Origin: an uncultured Streptomyces sp.
Lineage (GTDB): Bacteria; Pseudomonadota; Gammaproteobacteria; Burkholderiales; SG8-41
Assembly (NCBI GenBank): GCA_964625665.1
Contig: CAZVDN010000003.1
Span: 1 to 41,366 of the forward strand
Length of the DNA stretch: 41,366 bases
Direction: 5' to 3'
The position numbers were made by a program, and so were the translations under genes. Positions 36,831-41,366 of the stretch are shown here, piece after piece. The notes beneath the pieces are model-generated. The model saw only the letters and a program-made list of their open reading frames with translations, made no database searches and was not told the origin of the DNA. Each line of letters begins with the position of its first letter. Position 1 is the stretch's first letter.

Positions 36831-39224
36831 CTATTTGATACAAACCGCGCGTACCTGCGCCATATCGGTTGTGCCCATCAGAACCTTTTCCATGCCGTCC
36901 TGTTTCAGGGTGCGCATGCCGTGCTCGAGTGCAGTCGCAAACATTTCGGCGACGCGCGCGTGTTCCTGAATGTTCTTTTTGATCGCATCGGTGCCGATCA
37001 GCAGTTCATGCAAACCGACGCGCCCCTTGTAGCCGGTATTGCCGCAGGTATCGCAACCGCCGGGGCCGTAAAAGGTTATTTCGCCCTTGTCGTTGCCGTA
37101 TTCCTTGATCCATCCCTGGAGCACCTTGTCGCGCTCGCCCGCAGGATCTTTTTTCCAGCTTTCGGTATTCATGAGTTCCGACGAATACTCGTCGAGAAAC
37201 AACTTGAGTTCTTCTTCCGTCGCAATATGCGGTTTTTTGCATTTCGCGCACAACCGTTTGGCCAGACGCTGCGCCAGAATGCCCAGCAATGCGTCGGCAA
37301 AGTTGAACGGATCCATGCCCATGTCGAGCAGGCGGATGATCGATTCCGGCGCGCTGTTCGTGTGCAGGGTGGCGAACACCAGGTGACCGGTCAGCGAAGC
37401 TTCAATGCCGGTGCCTACGGTTTCCTTGTCGCGCATCTCACCGACCATGATGATGTCGGGATCGGCGCGCAGAAAGGCCTTCATGGCAATAGCGAAGGTC
37501 AGGCCTGCCTTGGGGTTCATCTGAACCTGTCGCAGACCGCGCTGGGTAATTTCAACGGGGTCTTCGGCCGTCCAGATTTTGGACTCGGGCGTATTGAGAT
37601 AACCGAGCACCGAGTGCAGTGTTGTCGTTTTGCCGGAACCGGTCGGGCCGCAGACGAAAAACAGCCCGTAGGGCTTCTCGATGGTTGCCTTGCACATCTT
37701 GAGGTTGTAGCTCGACAACCCCAGCTTATCGAGCGGAATCGGTTCGCCGGCGGCCAGAATACGCATTACGATGTCTTCGACGCCGCCCTGAGAGGGAATG
37801 GTCGCAACCCGCAATTCGATATCGAGCGGTCCGAATTTCTTGAACTTGATCTTGCCGTCCTGCGGCTTACGCCGCTCGGAAATATCCAGATCGCACATGA
37901 TTTTCAGGCGCGCCGCAATTGCATTGCGGTAGGCGGCGGGAACCGAAATATAGGGCATCAGTGAGCCGTCCTTGCGGAAACGCACCTCAGTCTTGCCTTT
38001 GCCTGGGTAGGGCTCAATATGAATATCCGATGCGCCCTGCTTGTAGGCATCGACAATGATTTTATTGACGAGTTTTACGACCTCGTTATCGGAAGCGGCG
38101 GATGCGACGTCCTCATTGCTCTCATCGGTTTCCTCGTCCTCCATCCCCGATAACAAGTCGCCGATGTCGGTATTGTCTTCGGCCTGCAACCCCGAAGAGC
38201 TGGCCCCCGACGCACCGAAAAATCCGTCGAGCGTGGACAGGAATTCACGCCCGCAACAGACACGGTAGGCAATCTTGCTTTTCGGGTAGACGTTATTGAC
38301 AATCTTCGAACCGCGGATCTTTTCCGGGTCGGTGGTCAACACGATGATGCCGTCGGCCTGGGTTTCATCAATCGGCACCCACATGCTGGCCTCGATAAAT
38401 TCGCGGCTCATGTTCTTCAGCAGATCCATCGGCTTGACCCGGTCGGCCTTGAACGGCTCGTAGGGCACGCCGAAATAGGCGGCAAGCGCCTCGCCGATGG
38501 CCTGCACCTTCACCTGAAACTCGTCGATCAGGACAGTTTCGATGTCGAGGTTCTTGCGCCGGGAAGAGCGCGTTGCCAGATCCAGTTCTTCGGCCGAAAT
38601 GACCGCGTTCGTCACCAAATGGTCATATTTTCCCTTGATCGCCAGGGAGGGCTTTTGCCGCTGCTTGTAGGCGATGGCGAGCGTTTCGCAGACATGAACT
38701 GCGCCTTCTTCGATCATCGGCGGGAACGGCTGTCCCGCCTTTGAGTTGATGATCTGGACGACGCCGATCAAATCCTTGGTTTGTGCGTCAAGGACAGGCG
38801 CAACGAGCATTTGCTTGGTGCGGTAACCGGTCTTGGTATCAACCTGCTTGAGGAAATTCAGGTGGGGGCTGTAGGACTTCAGCTCCTTTTCGTCGTACAC
38901 ATCCCGGATGTTGATCATCTTTTTGTGTACGGCAACGAAGCCGGCAATACTCTGTTCGGCGATAGGCAGCTTGAGGTCCTTGAAGGAGTTCAAGCCGGTC
39001 TTCACCTTCGAAACGATCGAGGTCTTGTCTTCGCTGATCAGATAAAGCGTCAGGCGGTCTGCGTTGAATAGCGCGCAGATATCCTGACTGAGCTCCAGCA
39101 TTATCTCGTCGATATTGCTGGTCGCATGGATCTTGTTGGTGACGGCCTGCAGGTTCTTCGAGAAATTGAGTTTCTCGGCGAGGTTGTCCTGCGCCACCGG
39201 CTTGTTCTCGAGTACGGTACTCAT
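36831..39224 (-). CDS. GspE/PilB-family secretion ATPase with N-terminal GAF domain
   Basis: 797 aa. GAF (IMLELSQDICALFNADRLTLY ... TKTGYRTKQMLVAPVLDAQTKDLIGVVQIINSKA). Walker A is GPTGSGKTTTL and Walker B is IIMVGEMRD. His box ATLHTN. Tetracysteine cluster CAKCKK...GCDTCGNTGYKGR. Confidence 0.85.
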   Translation of the reverse strand: MSTVLENKPVAQDNLAEKLNFSKNLQAVTNKIHATSNIDEIMLELSQDICALFNADRLTLYLISEDKTSIVSKVKTGLNSFKDLKLPIAEQSIAGFVAVHKKMINIRDVYDEKELKSYSPHLNFLKQVDTKTGYRTKQMLVAPVLDAQTKDLIGVVQIINSKAGQPFPPMIEEGAVHVCETLAIAYKQRQKPSLAIKGKYDHLVTNAVISAEELDLATRSSRRKNLDIETVLIDEFQVKVQAIGEALAAYFGVPYEPFKADRVKPMDLLKNMSREFIEASMWVPIDETQADGIIVLTTDPEKIRGSKIVNNVYPKSKIAYRVCCGREFLSTLDGFFGASGASSSGLQAEDNTDIGDLLSGMEDEETDESNEDVASAASDNEVVKLVNKIIVDAYKQGASDIHIEPYPGKGKTEVRFRKDGSLMPYISVPAAYRNAIAARLKIMCDLDISERRKPQDGKIKFKKFGPLDIELRVATIPSQGGVEDIVMRILAAGEPIPLDKLGLSSYNLKMCKATIEKPYGLFFVCGPTGSGKTTTLHSVLGYLNTPESKIWTAEDPVEITQRGLRQVQMNPKAGLTFAIAMKAFLRADPDIIMVGEMRDKETVGTGIEASLTGHLVFATLHTNSAPESIIRLLDMGMDPFNFADALLGILAQRLAKRLCAKCKKPHIATEEELKLFLDEYSSELMNTESWKKDPAGERDKVLQGWIKEYGNDKGEITFYGPGGCDTCGNTGYKGRVGLHELLIGTDAIKKNIQEHARVAEMFATALEHGMRTLKQDGMEKVLMGTTDMAQVRAVCIK

Positions 39225-39281
39225 GGTGGTTTAGTCCCTCATTCAGCACGCATACCAGTTGGAGGCGTAATAGCTACTCTA

Positions 39282-40049
39282 CTAAAATTCAATGATCTGG
39301 TTGTTTTCGAGCATACGCGGATTCCATTTTCCGGCGCTTTCCTGGATTTCGCGCATGGTTAATTCCACCTCGCCGGGCTTGAGGTGCGTTATGTATATAT
39401 CGGCAGAACGCTTCAATTTCCCCAACTCTACTGCAAGCAGGCTCGGGCACAGGTGTTTCGAGGCAATCGCAAGATCTTTTTCGCGATTGCAAAAGGCCGT
39501 CTCAATCAGCAAATACCTAATGTTTTCAATGCGATTGACCTCTTTCCAGAGGGCGTCGTTGGTCGTCGTGTCGCCCGTAAAAACCAAGCTGGCACGCCCG
39601 GAATCAATCTGGAAGCCGACGGCTGGAACAACGTGATTGGCGGGCAAGGCGGTCAATTTCCGTTCGCCAAGGGTCACCGTGGCGCCAAGCGTGATTGATT
39701 GATAACGCAAAAACGGTTTGCCCGGTTCCGGAATCTGGGTGAAATCGGGCCAGAGTTTCCAGTTGAACAGGTGCTGGCGAATGATCTCCAGCGTCGGCTC
39801 TATGGCGTAAACAGTCAGTGGTTTGTCGCGCATCCATCCCACACTGTCGACCAGAAACGGAATCGAGGTGACATGATCGAGGTGGGAGTGGGTCAGAAAC
39901 ACGTGGTCGATTCGCGAAAGTTCCTCGATGCTCAGATCGCCCACGCCGGTTCCGGCGTCGATCAGGATGTCGTCGTCCAGCAGCATCGACGTCGTACGGA
40001 GCGAGCCGCCGATACCACCGCTGCATCCAAGGACTCTCAGTTTCATCAA
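39282..40049 (-). CDS. Class II 3',5'-cyclic-nucleotide phosphodiesterase (metallo-beta-lactamase fold, CpdP/PDE1-like)
   Basis: 255 aa; KLRVLGCSGGIGG...TTSMLLDDDILIDAGTGVGDL ... class II signature HVFLTHSHLDHVTSIPFLVD. Confidence 0.8.
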   Translation of the reverse strand: MMKLRVLGCSGGIGGSLRTTSMLLDDDILIDAGTGVGDLSIEELSRIDHVFLTHSHLDHVTSIPFLVDSVGWMRDKPLTVYAIEPTLEIIRQHLFNWKLWPDFTQIPEPGKPFLRYQSITLGATVTLGERKLTALPANHVVPAVGFQIDSGRASLVFTGDTTTNDALWKEVNRIENIRYLLIETAFCNREKDLAIASKHLCPSLLAVELGKLKRSADIYITHLKPGEVELTMREIQESAGKWNPRMLENNQIIEF

Positions 40050-40057
40050 TCCGGCCG

Positions 40058-41366
40058 CTATTTCGTCGTGAACGTAAAAGCGCCATCCCAGCCCTTGCCG
40101 GGCGGATTGACGCGGAGGAACGAGATGCGCTCCACGAATGTTGCACTGTAGAGCTTGTTGTCGGGCACCAGCTTCTGCAGATTAAATAATTGCAGTTCCG
40201 CCTGATCCCAGTTCTGCCCACGATAAAGGCGAAGGAACTGGGCGTAGAGCTTTGCTTCTTCCTGCTTCGACTTGGGCACCTGTCCCTGCAGTCCCAGCGG
40301 CTCGAAGATCGCAACCGCCTCGTCTTTGCCTTTGACACGGACGCGGTCAAGCTCCCGGAAAACAACGTCGGGCACCGCGTCGCGAGTCCCTTCGCCGACA
40401 ATGATATCAGCGCCGTATTCCTTTGTAATACCTTCAAGGCGAGAAGCGAGATTAACGGCGTCCCCCATAACGGTGTACGCGGTACGCAGTTTCGAGCCCA
40501 TGTTGCCGACGCTCATGCGGCCGGTGTTGAGGCCAACGCCAATTTTGATTTCCGGCCAGCCGCGCTTCTGAAATTCGGTTTTGAGTTTTGCCAGCACCTC
40601 ATGCATTTCCAGACCTGCCAGAATCCCGTTGCGCGCGTGGTTGGCATCGGCCAGCGGCGCCCCCCAGAAGGCCATGATGCAATCGCCCATGAACTTGTCG
40701 ACCGTGCCTCTGTGCTTGTAGATGACTTCGGTCAGAGGCGTGAGAAATTCGTTCATCAGCTGCGACAGCTGTTTCGGATCCAGCCCTTCCGAAATGGTGG
40801 TGAAACCGCGGACGTCCGTAAATAACACCGTCATTTCCCGGGATTCGCCCTCCATCGAGAAACTTTCCGGATTTTTCGCCATTTCATCGACCAGCTCCGG
40901 CGGCACATATTGTCCGAACAGTCCGGTGATCTGGCGTTTACCGCGCGCCTCGACGAAATATCCGTATGACATGTTGAGCGCGAAGAGTAGTGAAATCATG
41001 ACTAGGCCCGATGCCAGGGGCAGGACCAGATTGCCGAAGTGAAACACCACAAGGTTACCGGCCAGAACCGCAATCAACACCGCCATGGTCACGAGTAGCG
41101 ACTTGAGCGGATTCAACAGTGGCAACAGCATTGCCATCGACAATCCGGCCAGCAAGAGCAGAATGAACTCGGCGCCGACCACGTAGGGCGGCTTCTGCTT
41201 GATGTTTCGGTCGATCATCCCGCCTATCATATTGGCGTGAACTTCGACCCCGGGATAAACGGCCTCGACCGGGGTGGCACGCAGGTCGAGGAGCCCCGGT
41301 GCCGTCGTGCCGACCAGCACGATCTTGCCCTTCAACTCGTCGAGCTCGACCCGCTCGTTGATTACG
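40058..41366 (-). CDS. CHASE2-domain membrane protein with C-terminal class III adenylate/guanylate cyclase domain; N-terminus lies beyond the window edge
   Basis: The frame stays open upstream of the track start to the window end (...VINERVELDELKGKIVLVGTTAPGLLDLRATPV..., a CHASE2-like segment). Three or four TM helices follow. Cyclase motifs: MTVLFTDVRGFTTISE, DKFMGDCIMAFWGAP, IGVGLNTGRMSVGNMGS, YTVMGDAVNLASRLEG. Confidence 0.85.
   Translation of the reverse strand, partial: VINERVELDELKGKIVLVGTTAPGLLDLRATPVEAVYPGVEVHANMIGGMIDRNIKQKPPYVVGAEFILLLLAGLSMAMLLPLLNPLKSLLVTMAVLIAVLAGNLVVFHFGNLVLPLASGLVMISLLFALNMSYGYFVEARGKRQITGLFGQYVPPELVDEMAKNPESFSMEGESREMTVLFTDVRGFTTISEGLDPKQLSQLMNEFLTPLTEVIYKHRGTVDKFMGDCIMAFWGAPLADANHARNGILAGLEMHEVLAKLKTEFQKRGWPEIKIGVGLNTGRMSVGNMGSKLRTAYTVMGDAVNLASRLEGITKEYGADIIVGEGTRDAVPDVVFRELDRVRVKGKDEAVAIFEPLGLQGQVPKSKQEEAKLYAQFLRLYRGQNWDQAELQLFNLQKLVPDNKLYSATFVERISFLRVNPPGKGWDGAFTFTTK

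Overview
A 41.4-kb, GC-rich chromosomal segment. Its gene content and synteny fit a sulfur-oxidising Betaproteobacterium, but the exact taxon cannot be determined from the sequence alone. Coordinates 1-19031 are mostly core genes: ilvIH, an ECF sigma / DUF3619 / DUF3106 / RDD cluster, lptFG divergent from pepA-holC-valS, a tusA-like gene, a Ser/Thr kinase fused to a cNMP-binding domain, chrA, a BepA-like M48 protease, moaC, and soxY-soxZ followed by an apparently fused soxXA. Coordinates 19040-19992 carry two tandem type IVa pilin paralogues; only the upstream copy has a clear sigma54 promoter. Upstream of the pilins on the same strand, 20288-33055 is an unbroken run of accessory genes. It holds five paralogous TPR + GT9-like (heptosyltransferase-fold) genes, one TPR + GT41 (OGT-like) gene, a small GT-A gene and two methyltransferases. 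A divergent FkbM methyltransferase, a 2OG-oxygenase-like gene and a small hypothetical gene follow at 33203-35164. I read this as a candidate protein-glycosylation/modification island whose substrate and donor sugar are not encoded in the window. Coordinates 35186-41366 form a tightly packed four-gene second-messenger module: CHASE2 class III cyclase, class II cNMP phosphodiesterase, GAF-fused GspE/PilB-type ATPase, and GAF-fused HD-GYP phosphodiesterase. I found no rRNA, tRNA, CRISPR array, transposase or integrase. All family assignments come from reading motifs in the supplied translations, not from database searches.
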